From Blepharisma stoltei ATCC 30299 (lineage: Eukaryota; Protista; Ciliophora), in NCBI GenBank assembly GCA_965603825.1, contig CBFDEM010000021.1, forward strand, positions 62,001 to 126,000: a stretch of DNA of 64,000 bases. Reading direction: 5' to 3'. A program made the position numbers and the translations under genes. Under the pieces are notes generated by a model. It had not been told where the DNA came from. It saw nothing but the letters and a program-made list of their open reading frames with translations, and searched no databases. Positions 52,347-64,000 of this stretch are shown in pieces; the first letter of the stretch is position 1, and each line of letters starts with the position of its first letter.

Positions 52347-53225
52347 ATGAAAATGAATTTATTGCGTCGAATGATTTTACCTCCATATCCTTATCACCTA
52401 CATCCTAAAGCAATCATCCAAGATCTAGTTGACTTCCCTTTACAATTCTACTCAAGAGACCTCGCTTTAAAGAATATGGATAGATCTTTAAACATTTTTC
52501 ATGCTAAAATGCTAAAAGAAGCAGGGCATCGCTGCAGATTATTCTTATCTTTACTTGCAAATAATAAAATTCAAGACTTAGAAGATCTATGTGAGCTAAA
52601 CTTGTATAAAAAAATCAAAAATTCAATAGCATCCTTCAAAGGCCAAGGATACACAATTAAATCAATTGGAGACATAGAAAAATCCAAAACAATATATTTA
52701 GGGAGCACCAAATATATAGGCAATTTGCTTCCTTATCGAAACTTAAATTTGCCAAAATTCAACTATAAATCTCGTCGATCTAATATACCTATTTTTCGCA
52801 GAGCTGTTGAATATTATTATTTTGGGGTTTATTATAAGCTTTTAAAATGATATAAAAATCCTGGCTATGACGGTAAAATTTACTCGCTTGACTTGAAGCA
52901 TCTTAATACACTAGATGATATATCACCATTTGAAGATGATTTAGAAAATCTAAGAAACGCCTTGGACTTTAAATCAATTACGATGTATGTTTTGGACGTA
53001 GGCTTTACTAGTTCCTTTAAACTGCTAGTAGTAGACAAAGATGGGAATATTGTGGAAGGAGAAGAAAATCCAGAAAAATTAGAGTTTCACTCTTTCAGAT
53101 TAGAAAAGGTCATAAATAATAAATCAAGAGCTGAGTGAATGAAATCGAATTTTAAAGGAATTTTAAATGAATTTATTATTAGTGATGTAGATGGATTGAT
53201 GGATGGAAATCCATTTACTAAATAA
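52347..53225 (+). CDS. Hypothetical protein, possibly Tim44-like domain (~292 aa)
   Basis: Two track ORFs plus a tail joined by TGA. IQDLEDLCELNLY, LLVVDKDGNIVEG and FIISDVD resemble Tim44-like domains; tentative. Confidence 0.62.
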
Positions 53226-53460
53226 GATGCGTCTCTAAGAGGATAAATTTTCTTTTAAAGTTAGGAATTTCACTATATATTGATCTATGGGAGCTAGAAA
53301 AAAAAATTTTAAAAAGAAGAAATTTTTGAAATCATTTAATTAATAATTTATGGCTGATTTTGAAATAATAAAATAAGAAGAAAACGAAGCTTTAAGTCTC
53401 TGTAAAGGAGATAATAATAAAGCATATGATTTTTTTCGAAATAAGCTTATAGCTTTTAGT

Positions 53461-53790
53461 AAACCAGAGCACCAGATTGTCTTTTTACCCATTGGGGAGA
53501 TGATTGTCCTAGTTAGAAAGGGGTCATGTGTGGCCGCTTGGTCTTAAATTCCCCAATGCGATACCAAATGTTATGTCCTATGTAGTTTTCATTTTGTCGA
53601 CAACCAAGTTAAAAATTTCATATTTTGAATTTTCTGATTGACGGCTTGGTGACCAAGCGTCCCTGACTCACAAATGGTGAGTGCTAATCCGTAAGGAGCA
53701 ACATAGCGGAAGGATGTATCCAGGCTGACAAGTAAGTTGCAGAGCGTTATGTAGAGGAGAGTAGTATCCTAAAGGGTATTTCCCTATAAC
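53461..53790 (+). ncRNA. Candidate structured non-coding RNA of unknown family (pseudoknot plus multiple helices)
   Basis: About 42% GC by hand count versus about 20% in the adjacent spacer. No convincing ORF. Two crossing perfect 9-bp helices plus further stems (see findings). Boundaries and strand are approximate. Confidence 0.5.
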
Positions 53791-53793
53791 TAA

Positions 53794-54114
53794 TTAAGTA
53801 AGGTCAAGTCTTAGGGCTTTTTTTCTGAATCTTTCAAACTCAAATATTCTTGAAGATAATTCGTTTTTCATAATTATAGCAGCAAGTTGTGAAAAAATTC
53901 CAAGAAGCTCTTTATCATTGTTTTCTTCTCCGCCTGCCATATCAGCTACTACTCTAAACACTTCTTTAATAGTCTCAAAACTTGACGATCTCAATATCTC
54001 TGCAGCAGTTTCCTGGATAAATTCTCTTATTTTTTGCTTGGGGGCGTTATTTTCTGATTTCATCGAAAGTTCTTTAAGAATGCACGAAATAATTCCGTAT
54101 AGTTCATCTTCCAT
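53794..54114 (-). CDS. Stand-alone paralog of the N-terminal domain of the FHA protein (106 aa)
   Basis: MEDELYGIISCILKELS..KIREFI..LLGIFSQLAAIIMKNELSSRIFEFERF aligns with MAEELCGIISCILNELS..KTREFI..LIRVFSLLAAFVTRNELISRIDEFEDF (gene at 51171). Confidence 0.75.
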   Translation of the reverse strand: MEDELYGIISCILKELSMKSENNAPKQKIREFIQETAAEILRSSSFETIKEVFRVVADMAGGEENNDKELLGIFSQLAAIIMKNELSSRIFEFERFRKKALRLDLT

Positions 54115-54581
54115 TTTTTATTATCTATAATTATAACTACAAGATATAATAAGACCTTAGGTAAATTAAATAATCATTATAAGGAGATTTATTTATGAAA
54201 AAAATCGGACTATTTGTGTCGGCATGCTGTGTAGGGAATGCTAATTATCTTGAAAAGGCTTGATTTAAGGTGTATTATGAGTATTAAGGTGTAGTAATAA
54301 AGATCTCAACAAAAAGAATTCAGTGTGATTTGAGGCTTTTTGTTAGATTTTATAGATGTAAATCAATTTTAATATTTCGGTAAACTTGAAAATCTTCACT
54401 AAACTTAAATAAGTTATAATAAAGTTGGGCTTATTTATTTAGATTTTACCTAAAGTTGCTATTAAGCTCATCTCTTCTTATTAGTAATTCAAATTTTTGA
54501 TTCTCTCACAATATCACAATTAGATCTCTTCAAAAGTCTCAGAAATCTAATTTCATTTATTATAGCTTATTTATAACTATT

Positions 54582-54977
54582 ATGCATAATAAAAATATGA
54601 CTGAAAAAGAGCTTTATTGCTCTGAGTCACGAGAATTATCCAGAGACAAGCGATATGAATATTTTTTAGAGTTCATAAACAAATCAAGGACTATTTCTAT
54701 GGAATTCAGAAATGACAAAAAGCAAATCCGAAGCAAATTGAAGCCAACTTTGGAATGGTCTCAAAGGATATTTGGGGATATTTTATTTGGGCTTGGGTAT
54801 GGGTATATGCTCAACAATTGAATAAAATCAAGAAATATATATTTTTTCACAGTAGGAGCTTCGCTGGCGGTTTTTAGTTATTATGATTATGAAAGTGACA
54901 AAATAACCAAATACAAATTAGCTGAAAAATATGAAAAACTTGCGCTGGATTATCATTGCAAGAAATTCAATAAGTAA
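54582..54977 (+). CDS. Hypothetical small membrane protein (~131 aa)
   Basis: ORF reads through TGA 54819 to TAA 54977; two hydrophobic segments. Confidence 0.62.
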
Positions 54978-55268
54978 ATAATTATAGAAGTAAAAAATTC
55001 ATAATTTCGAAATTTTTGGTATTTTAAGATAGATTTTTGATGCTTTTAGTTTTGACTAATAATTAATATAAATTAAAGGTAGACAAGATGATAGTTTGTT
55101 ACATTTGGGACAATTTAAAGCTGATTATTTTAAAGTGACTTATAGAAACCTTGGTTATATAAAAGAAAATTTTTTAGTAATCAGCGAAATAATTTACATA
55201 GACATGCTTTATTTTAGTTTTAGACATTTTATATTTTATTTCATAGCTTCCGATTTATAGAAATATAA

Positions 55269-55652
55269 ATGGGCCCAAAAGAATCTACGCTTTCACCTGA
55301 CCAAGTAATAGAAAGCCTAAAAGAAAAGATAGACCAATTAGAATTGCAAAAAGATATAGAAACGCTGAAATACTCGAATCTACAAATAAAGATTGGGTTA
55401 GGCGAGATCAATGAGACTATCAATAAAACTAAAAACAATCATGAAGTTAACGTAGCAATAAGGGCCAAAGGTAAGCTAATTGGCATTGTAGAGCAGCCAG
55501 AGAATAGAAATAAATGACAAGATGCAATTAATACGGCTAAAAAAAGAGTTGATTATTGTGATAGTGAATGCCAACAATTTATATGGCATAATTCTAATGA
55601 AGATGAGGTAAACGCAGCACGAAGAATTAAAAGAGCTTTGGGAAGAGAGTAA
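55269..55652 (+). CDS. Hypothetical helical protein, paralog A (~127 aa)
   Basis: Reads through TGA 55515. Homologous to the downstream copy (EVNVAIRAKGKLI..DAINTAKKRV..CDSEC..DEVNAARRIKRAL). Confidence 0.75.
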
Positions 55653-55891
55653 TTTAAGAAATTCTTATTATGATCCTTTTTTAATTTGTTTTATGCAATG
55701 GCTTAATTGATATATAACTTATTTTATAAGTTAAACTGTTTTAGGAGATCAAATATATTTAGCGCCTCAATATGATCGAGTCTAAACTCTGCCCTAAAGC
55801 AAATTTAGCCAGTTATTACCTATAAGTCACTATTTAAATGAAAATGCTAAGATAGATATGTTTACCTATTCCTTCAATTCTACAATTATAA

Positions 55892-56334
55892 ATGGAAGAA
55901 ATAAAGGACCTTAAAAAGCAAAATATTGATAGGCCCATCAGCTGCAATTGTTCAAATTCTTTAATAACTCAACTATTAATGAGAACAAGGGATCTAGAGG
56001 AAAAGCTAAAAAGAGAAAACGAAGCAAAAATAATTGCTGAAAAATTGGCTCTTAAATATTATAATAAGCTGATTAAGGCTGGACTATGGAGATAAATGAT
56101 ACAATAAGAAGGCGTTATAGTAGTGATGACGTGAACACTGCAACTAGAGCAAAGGGTAGATTAATTGATACTGTAGCAGAACCACGGGATAGTAATGATA
56201 TTCAGCAAGCAATAAATATTGCTCAAGCGCGAATTCAAAGCTGCCTTTCCGAGTGCTATGATACTATATCAAGAAATTACTCTGGAGATGACTTCAATAC
56301 TGCAACTAGAATAAAAAACGCCCTGAGTGATTAA
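55892..56334 (+). pseudogene. Paralog B, split by a 1-nt frameshift near 56086-56095
   Basis: LKYYNKLIKAGL (frame 1) plus EINDTI..DVNTATRAKGRLI (frame 2) align collinearly with LKYSNLQIKIGLGEINETI..EVNVAIRAKGKLI of paralog A. Confidence 0.65.
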
Positions 56335-56396
56335 ATTAACTCAATTCATAAATAATTTATGCCTAAAGCATTTCTATTATTTTATAGCTGACTCTA

Positions 56397-58010
56397 TTAA
56401 TTTATTTTAAAATCTCTTTTTCTAAGAAATTCTTCTCGTTTCCTCTGCAGCAGTTTAGCTGTACCGAATAGCCCACCCCGAAGCCCAAGCTGTGTGCCTC
56501 TTTCTATAACTTTATCTAGCGTAGAATTTAGTTCAGGAATATTGTCAGCATTATATAAATCAGGATTTAATATGTTTTCTATAGTTACAATGATACCTTC
56601 GACCTCGTTTTTTAGTTCTTCATATACTTCTTTAGCTCTTCTATTCGAATTTCCTAGCGATTCTTGAGCTTGGATCAGCAGCTCCAGACAATAAAAATTT
56701 TGGCTTTCTATCGCTTGGTTTATATAGCTGTCCAGGATTTCTTCAAGAGCTTTCAGTTTAGTTTTGGGGAATTGGAAATCAAGCCCTGACAGCTGCTTTG
56801 CTAAGTCAGCAAGGTCTTCTACACAGATTTCGCCTGATTTTGTAAGATTTTCCATTTTCACTACCATCGTGTCAATAGTGACTCTATGTTTAGTCAGTCT
56901 TGGCATTGGTCGAATTTCTGTGTTTTCTGACGGAATGACGATCCTTAATAGTGAAATATCTTTAAACCCATCCAAAAGTCCAAGCGCTCCTTCCTCAATC
57001 ATTAATGGGTTTACCCAAACATTGATATTATACCCTCTTCTTCGCTTATATCTGATGCTTTTTAAAATCCCTTTCGCTGACGCAAGAGAAAACTCATTAT
57101 CATTTAAATACAATTTTTCTATAGACAAGCCTTTTATCCTTATCACTCTTCTAATTATTGGTACAGAAACGTCAGTTAGCCCACAGCCTGTTAAATTTAT
57201 CTCTTTTAGCCTTATATGTGTAAGACAAGCTGGGAATAATTCTGATAGTCCTTCATCTTTTATAAAATTTCTTGCAAGATTTAACGATTTTAATGAAGGT
57301 GTAAGCGGAATAATTTTAAAAAAAGTGTGCATAAATCCAGCTGTTAAAGAATTGTTGGATAAATCAAGATGCTCGAGATATAAATTAGAGGATAACACTT
57401 TTCGGCACATTGAGAAACTTTTATCGGTAAGTCTTGCATTAGAAATTGAGAGAGAACGTAGCTGTTCTGGAGGGAAACATGCAAGAATTCTAGTAAAAAC
57501 AGTGACCTGGTTATTCATTTCTTGTATTTCCAGCTCAGTAATATATTCATTTCCTCTAATATACTCTAATAACGCAAAACTATTAACCCCATTCAGATTA
57601 AGTACTAAATTGCCTCCTCCTTTGGAGCTTCACCTTAATAGATACTGCCACGGCTTTACCTTCTGAAAACTGCAAAAATTTTCATAATTGCTCCAACTAG
57701 CAGCCATAGCTAACATTTTGCATCAATTTTCTGCGTCTTCTTGCCCAGCGACTTTAAATGCTTTTCGGGAATTGTCAAATAAAAGGTCAATTCTCCAAAA
57801 TTCGCCATCAAAATCTCCAAAATGAGATTTTAAGCCTACCATGCTGATCCTGCCTTCGTCTTGATTAATAATGAAATTTTCATCAGATTCATTGTAAAAT
57901 AGTAAAGCATTTTGTATTAAAACCGCGTTTCTGGGAACTCACCTGGGCTTGTTTTTGTCTTCATATAGCATTATTTGTCCGTGATAGAGAATTAGGTCTG
58001 CTGCTAGCAT
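56397..58010 (-). CDS. PH-domain + RI-like leucine-rich repeat protein (~537 aa)
   Basis: PH-like PRW(TGA)VPRNAVL..DAENW(TGA)CKML; LRRs LEHLDLSNNSL, LKSLNLARNFI, LKEINLTGCGL and IEKLYLNDNEF. Confidence 0.82.
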
Positions 58011-58043
58011 TTTTTATATAATTAATTTTTCAATTAAAATTAC

Positions 58044-61000
58044 CTAATTGATAGAGTCTGCATCTTGATTTTCAGCTCTTGATATAAAAAAAGCATCTAA
58101 AATTCTATTAATTGGCTTGTGGGTGACTTTCTTATTGAACTCAAAATTATACTTCCCAGGGAACCCGTCTTCTAAAATCCTTTTAGTTTCTTCACTTATG
58201 TCCACTTTTCCAGGCACCCCATTGCTTTCCATTTTATTCGCAATATCTACATCAGGTCCATAAATATCATACCTAACAATATTAGTCCCAGTGATCCCTG
58301 CCAATAAGTCTCCAGTATGTATTCCAATCCTCATATTTAGCTCTAAGCCTTTTTCTTCATCTACTCTTTTTATTGCTTTTACCATATCAAATGCCATATT
58401 TACCATATTTTCGCATTCTTCACTAAGATTTCTTATAGTTTTTCTCTTATCTGCATCCCTGAAACTTATAACTACGTAACAATCTCCAATGGTATGGACT
58501 TTATATACATTGTGCTCTAAGCATAATTTATCAAAAATTTCAAAAAATCCTGAGAGCATGGACACAACTTGTTCAGGAGATCTTGTTGAAGAAAATGCGG
58601 TAAAACCACAAATATCAGCAAAAATGATAGTTACGTTGCTGAATCTGTCAGTTGTGGCTTGGTCTTCCATCATATTTCTAACAGCGTGTGGAGGAATTAG
58701 TTGTTTTAATAGTGTGTCTGTTTTTGAAATTTCACGTTTCATGAGCTTCCTAAGGTTAAAAGTGGTTCTGGATTGTTTTTCTTTGTAAAATGAGACCCAT
58801 ATATTAATGATGCTAAAAATAATGTATGGGACTATAGTTCTTGCAATTTGGTCATCTGGTAAGCCGACACCGAAAAGAATGACAGATGGGACTATTAAGA
58901 TTATCGTCGAAACCAATAGATTCCCAAATGGCAGATAACAAGTATGCCCTATAAGCTGCAGCTCAAACAATATTTCTAATGCAATTGTATTATAAAGCGC
59001 CGCAGGCGCTTGATATATGCTAATCACATTCAGCCCTCCTAGTACAATAAACCCCATCATCACTGTCCACGAAAACAGTACCTTTCTATATATTTTTTTA
59101 AACCTCAAAATTGCAACAATAAGCAGCAAAATCACAAATAATTTAATTGCGATTACCTCAATTGACATATAAATTTCAGTCAAAATAAAAGCTAATAAAT
59201 GGACAATTGTGGCTAAAAAAATCAAAATAATTCCTCCCCAGATCTCAAATTTAATTACAGCTTTAAATTTGTTCATTTCTTTAATTCGAAATTCAGCTTC
59301 CTCTTCTTCAGTGTTGTAATGGCAAACCCATAGCATGAGGTCATCCACAAGGCCTAGTTCTTCTTTAGTTTGGCCAGTTCTATTTATTAGGTCATTTAGG
59401 ACATTTTCACCTTTTTTAATGACTGCACCTTTTTCTCGGCCTTGGTAAACGGTGTAAAAACGGTTAAGACGGGTATTGATAAAATCGTCAGTTTTGTTAG
59501 AAGTAAAGCGGGATGGGCCAGTTTCTTGAGGAGCTTCTGGGATCCCAGGAGACTCTTCTTCAGAAAATGGGTCTTGGTATTCACGAATAAGCTTAGGCTC
59601 TTCCATTGTTTTTACGATAAAAGTATCAAGAAGACCTTTGCCTTTAGCCTCCACTTGGTTTGGCTCAAATAAATAAGGCTCTTCAGAGACAAGGTTGTAG
59701 GTTGACATTGAAATTTGTATGGAATCAGGCTCTTTGAGGGTGCTGCACATCCTGCTAGATGTATTTACAGTATCGCCGACTAAGGAAAATTGAGGTTTAT
59801 AAAGCCCGACAACCCCTGCAATTACTGGTCCTGAATTAATGCCGATTTTTACTCGCAATTTTTCTCCAGTTTTAAGATAAACATGTTCAAGCCTCTTCAA
59901 AATATCGAGGGCGAGCTCTAAAGTTCTTTTTCCATGATTTTTAGCCAACTTAGACTTAGGAAGCAGCTTTTCATCTTCAGCCATCCCTGCACATGCCATA
60001 TAAGTCTTATTGACTGTTTCAATTTTGGCGACACCGTGGTCTTCACATAAGTTATCTAACAAAGCAAAATATGTGTCTAATAATTCTATCAGTTCTGATG
60101 GTGCATGGGTGGCACAAATATTATCAAACCCATAAATATCACAAAACATGACCGTCACTTCTGGCTGCTGCAGCGCGATTGCCCTTTCCCCATTTTTTAC
60201 CTTGCTTTTGATAAAATGTGGGAATAAGTTAGAAAGAATTTCTAGGCCTTTATTAAATTGGAATTCGACGAGTTCTAGGTATAAATATTGAAGCTTTTTG
60301 CCTTTTTCAAGGATATAGCCTATGCTTCCGCTTATCATGACAATTCCTAGTGTTAAAATCAAATAGAGAAATCCGATTAAAACCCCTTCAGTTTCGTTAT
60401 AGTCTGTGGTATATCTTATAAAAATTCATATAGAATAGCCTATTTGGTCAGCAAGATTAAGGAGAAGCACAAGATAGGTGTTAGTACGAAGGACTAAAAA
60501 ACTTGCAAAAGAGATGAGAGGGCTAGTTAAAGAAAATTCATAAGAAAATCGGAAATTTATGACAATTTGGAGCACGAGGCTGGCAGCAATTCAATAAATC
60601 ATTGCTTTTTTATAAATCCTAAAAACCGTTTTTGTCATCAGCACAAAGAAAACTGTTATATGGATTAAAAATAAAATTGCTAGCTCAATTCCTGTACTTA
60701 TATGCTCTTTTTCTGAATCCAGAGACTCGGCCACAATAAATGCAACTATTGCTATCAAAGAAGTCGCAAGTGACAGTTTTCTCCACAATTTTTTCTTATC
60801 ATTAGTGATATCTGCTTCAAATTCATTTTCTAAATAAGGGTTATCAAATTTCAATGTAAGATGATTCATTTGATAATTAAAAACCATAGGCTTTAGGTCT
60901 GGGGAATATTGGAAATTTTTGAAGCTAAATGTCTTAGAAAAATCATTTGAAAGTTCTGTAGATAAATTGGATTTTGTATGTCTAAGGGTTCGAAGAGAGC

Positions 61001-64000
61001 CTGTTAAAGTCGCTAAAAATAGCTTATTAGCATAATAAAAAGGAAGCCGAAACGCTAAACATACATATGGAGTTACAAATAATAAAAATAAATAGATAGG
61101 TGTTGAGTACACTTTGGTTGAAGTCCCATGCATATAATAAGTCGCAGTACGACCATAGTCATAAATAAACACAAAAGATAAAGCAAAAAGGCTCATAAGA
61201 ATATTCGCTATAAGAAAAACTAAATTCCATGTGTGGGCTACTATAAAAATCTCATGCATTGTGACTTGAAAAACTATCAAATACACCACAACTCCTGTGC
61301 TAAAAAAATCCTCTGTGTAGCCATCTGAGCTTAAAGCGCCATTTCTTGCAAAAACATTTACAAATAAAAAGATAAGTAACGCTTGATAAGCGGCCATCAA
61401 AATGTGGGCTAAAATATCTCTGAATTTAAATTGATTTTTATTATAAAGTTCTGGAGTTCTCAGAAGGACTTCTGCCTTTTTGTCTCGATCAAAAATTCCC
61501 ATCAGTATGACTGGAACAGCTGTAAAAAAGACATGAAAAATAGTGACGAGCCAAGAGTCGTAGAGAAGAGAGGCTGAGTACATGTTTTGGAATGTGAATA
61601 GAAATAGCACGAATTCCAGTAAAAAATTGTTGTAGAAAATGCATTGGATGACTTTAGCGATTCTAATATAGTTCCAATGGCCATGAATCAATAGTAAAGG
61701 AACTAAATCTTTAAAATTTGCTATAGCAAAATCACTGCTATTAGCTGCTTGAAATCCTTCATTTCCTAAAATCCCGATCCCTACATTAGCTTCATGGATC
61801 ATAGAAACATCATTTGAACCATCTCCGATTGCAAGAGTAATTGTAGGCTTATTTATGTGTTTTTTAAAAATTTTTAGGATTTCTGCTTTTTGTAAGGGTG
61901 CGGCTCTACAGATAACGACACTTTTAGCTAGATATGCAAGAGTTATGAAAAATTCTAAGTATTTTACATTCTCAAAAATCGCTTCAAGAGATTGCCCATC
62001 AATAACAAATCCATAGTCATGAATTCTTGAAGTATTAAAGGATCCTGAATTTTTTGTGTCAACTCTTCCATTTTTCCCAGGTGATTCTCAAATATTGTCA
62101 TGAATACCTTTGGCAAGAGGACTGTTTTCATGGTCAGAATCCTCTGGGAATGCATGCCTATAATATTCAGTTTTAAGAGTTTTGTACACTTGCCGCTTAT
62201 AGGTGTAGTTTATTTTCACAATTTCTAAGTCAGAATTAAATAAGCTACAAGCATAAGCTGCGTTTACTGCAGTTTCACGCTTATCCCCTGTCAGCATTCA
62301 TATCTTAATTCCAGCCCGTTTTAAAGTATCAATCGCCTCAGGTGCGCCTTCTTGAATTTTATCCTCAATAGCTACAGATCCAAGTATCGTCAAATTATTT
62401 TCCCAATTTTCCGCAACATCCCTCAGTCTTGCTTGTCTATTACTCATAGCATTTTTCGCAGAAAGCCACTGTTCTTCATACTGATCAGCTTCTTCTAGTG
62501 TCAAAACTTTTTTTGCAATTATAAGTGTCCTCAAGCCATTTTTCGCATGATTTTCTACCATCCCTGTCAGCTTTGTAATATATTTCGATGAATTATTAGA
62601 TCTTTGGAATAAAACGCTATCTGAGCCTTTACATAACAAAACAGGAGGCTGATAATCATTAAGCGGCCTTACTACAATTGACATTCTTTTTCTGTCAGGG
62701 TCGAATTCATTGACTCCACAAATTTTATATAAGCATTTGGACCCATTAATTTTTATTTCAAATAAATTTCGCCTGACGTTTCTATATTCAACTCCAGCGT
62801 GGCATGCAGCTTTAACAAGGGCTTCTTCATCTCTTGATACACCTTTATATTCCATCCCAGTTTGGGTTTTTTCAGGGATAACTGTATGGCATAAGGCTAA
62901 AACTTCTAAAAATTCCAAGACGTGATGACTGGATTCGTCCTTAACTTTTTCTTTTAGCTGGTCTTGGTTGTAGGTTTTTCCATGAATTATGCAGTATTTG
63001 AAAGACATTTTATTTTCTGTTAAAGTGCCGGTTTTGTCAGCAAAAATGTATTGGACTTTTCCGAGGTCTTCATTTAAATGTAAATTTTTGGTTTCGATGT
63101 TTTTCTTTTTGTCGTTGTCGTAGAATCGCAAATCTCAGGCGATAAATACAGATTGGACTGTGCTGACGATGTCAATAACAACATAAAGAGTTATTGGGAC
63201 CATATAGCTAAATAAAATTGCAAAACTTAGAATGTCATATGCTGAGTAGGACCAACTATGTCCTGTAAAAACTTTATATGCATCTCTATTTATTGAAGAG
63301 TTAATCAGAGAAAGAATATAGCACAAAAGCACCATAACCCCTACGATAGAAAGCATAAGTGCTAAATATTTATTCATTTGTTTTTCCAATTGACTTCTCT
63401 TGCTTGGTATTTTTTGAGTATTCATTATAATTTTGGTATCAGTTCCTGTATATACAACAACTCCCATAATTCAATTAGTATTTTTCAACTGAGTCCCTCT
63501 GTATACAATATTTTCATGCGTAAGAGGGAGTGCTCTTGGATAGCTGACTAGTTTAAAGCTACCTTCAACGCTATACAAGCTATAATTCGGATGGTCAATT
63601 TTTATTACTGCACTATCAAGTCTATATAACTGCTCTATAGCTTTTTCATAGCTTTTGCTATCAAAAATAGCAGCAGTGTCAGGCATGGCTTTCTTTCTAC
63701 TAAGTCTGGTTTCTCCGTCCAAATTGGAAGTTTCTAAAAAGCATATATTTTCAGGATCACTTGTAGCTAATAATAGCAAGTCAGCTGGGATTTCTTCTTC
63801 ATTTTTAACAATTATAATGTGTCCAACCCTTACCTGCATCCATTTCTCTCTGAAAAATTCCCCTCTTTCTTCACTCCATACAAGAATATCTTTAGTATTT
63901 ACATGGGAGTCGCTTCTCCTTTTCAAAAAGTCTGCTAAGGCGTCATGCACTAAGGTCAGGATCAAAACAATTACAAAAATAGCTGTAGTTGATAAACTGA
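58044..64000 (-). CDS. P4-type ATPase (flippase)-guanylyl cyclase fusion, alveolate type; 5' end outside the window
   Basis: Single frame joined by TGAs. LETSNLDGET, FADKTGTLTENKM, KIW(TGA)MLTGDKRETA and IGDGSNDVSMI, followed by two TM blocks and two cyclase domains (FCDIYGF..KIETVNKTYM..GDTVNTSSRM; FADICGFT..KVHTIGDCY..RYDIYGPDVDIANKMESNG). Confidence 0.95.

Noticed and set aside
53463-53476. ACCAGAGCACCAGA (1.75 copies of an 8-mer) as a telomerase template upstream of the pseudoknot
   Set aside because: It does not match the CCCTAACA telomere unit known for Blepharisma and Stentor. Worth revisiting only if this organism's telomere differs.
53573-53764. 63-codon + strand ORF (with TGA=Trp) inside the GC-rich island
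   Set aside because: Short, no recognisable motif, and it does not account for the extensive base-pairing.
56764-57666. 300-aa + strand ORF
   Set aside because: Antisense shadow of the PH-LRR gene, with a non-ATG start and no motifs.

Overview
This window is eukaryotic, not prokaryotic. It is a gene-dense, AT-rich stretch of ciliate macronuclear-type DNA, most consistent with the heterotrich Blepharisma. Two properties visible in the sequence explain why the supplied ORF track looks fragmented. (1) TGA is read as Trp: it occupies invariant Trp positions in myosin, DCAF7, DBP2, UPF1, ABCA, the rhomboid WR motif and the P4-ATPase, while genes end in TAA/TAG. (2) Introns are tiny GT..AG units, twelve of 15 nt and one of 16 nt, each with an A six nt from the 3' end. 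Re-read this way the window holds about 40 tightly packed genes: FCF1, an ABCA half-transporter, a B-box/NYN/OHA/LOTUS protein, myosin, a Ubl-ankyrin-PH-AGC kinase, DCAF7, a USP36-like deubiquitinase, a longin SNARE, DBP2, LIN9, a bromo-ET protein, DZIP1-like, RPL10A, UPF1, a TMEM8/myomaker-like CREST protein, a 2697-aa IP3R/RyR-like channel with EF-hands, a divergent homeodomain, a rhomboid protease, an FHA protein, a PH-LRR protein and a partial P4-ATPase-guanylyl cyclase fusion. The most unexplained element is a ~330-bp GC-rich intergenic island (53461-53790) that folds by eye into a pseudoknotted multi-helix RNA with no family signature I recognise. It lies in a small accessory-looking zone (about 49.9-56.3 kb) that also contains a truncated paralog and a frameshifted paralog. 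All calls are by eye, with no searches run.
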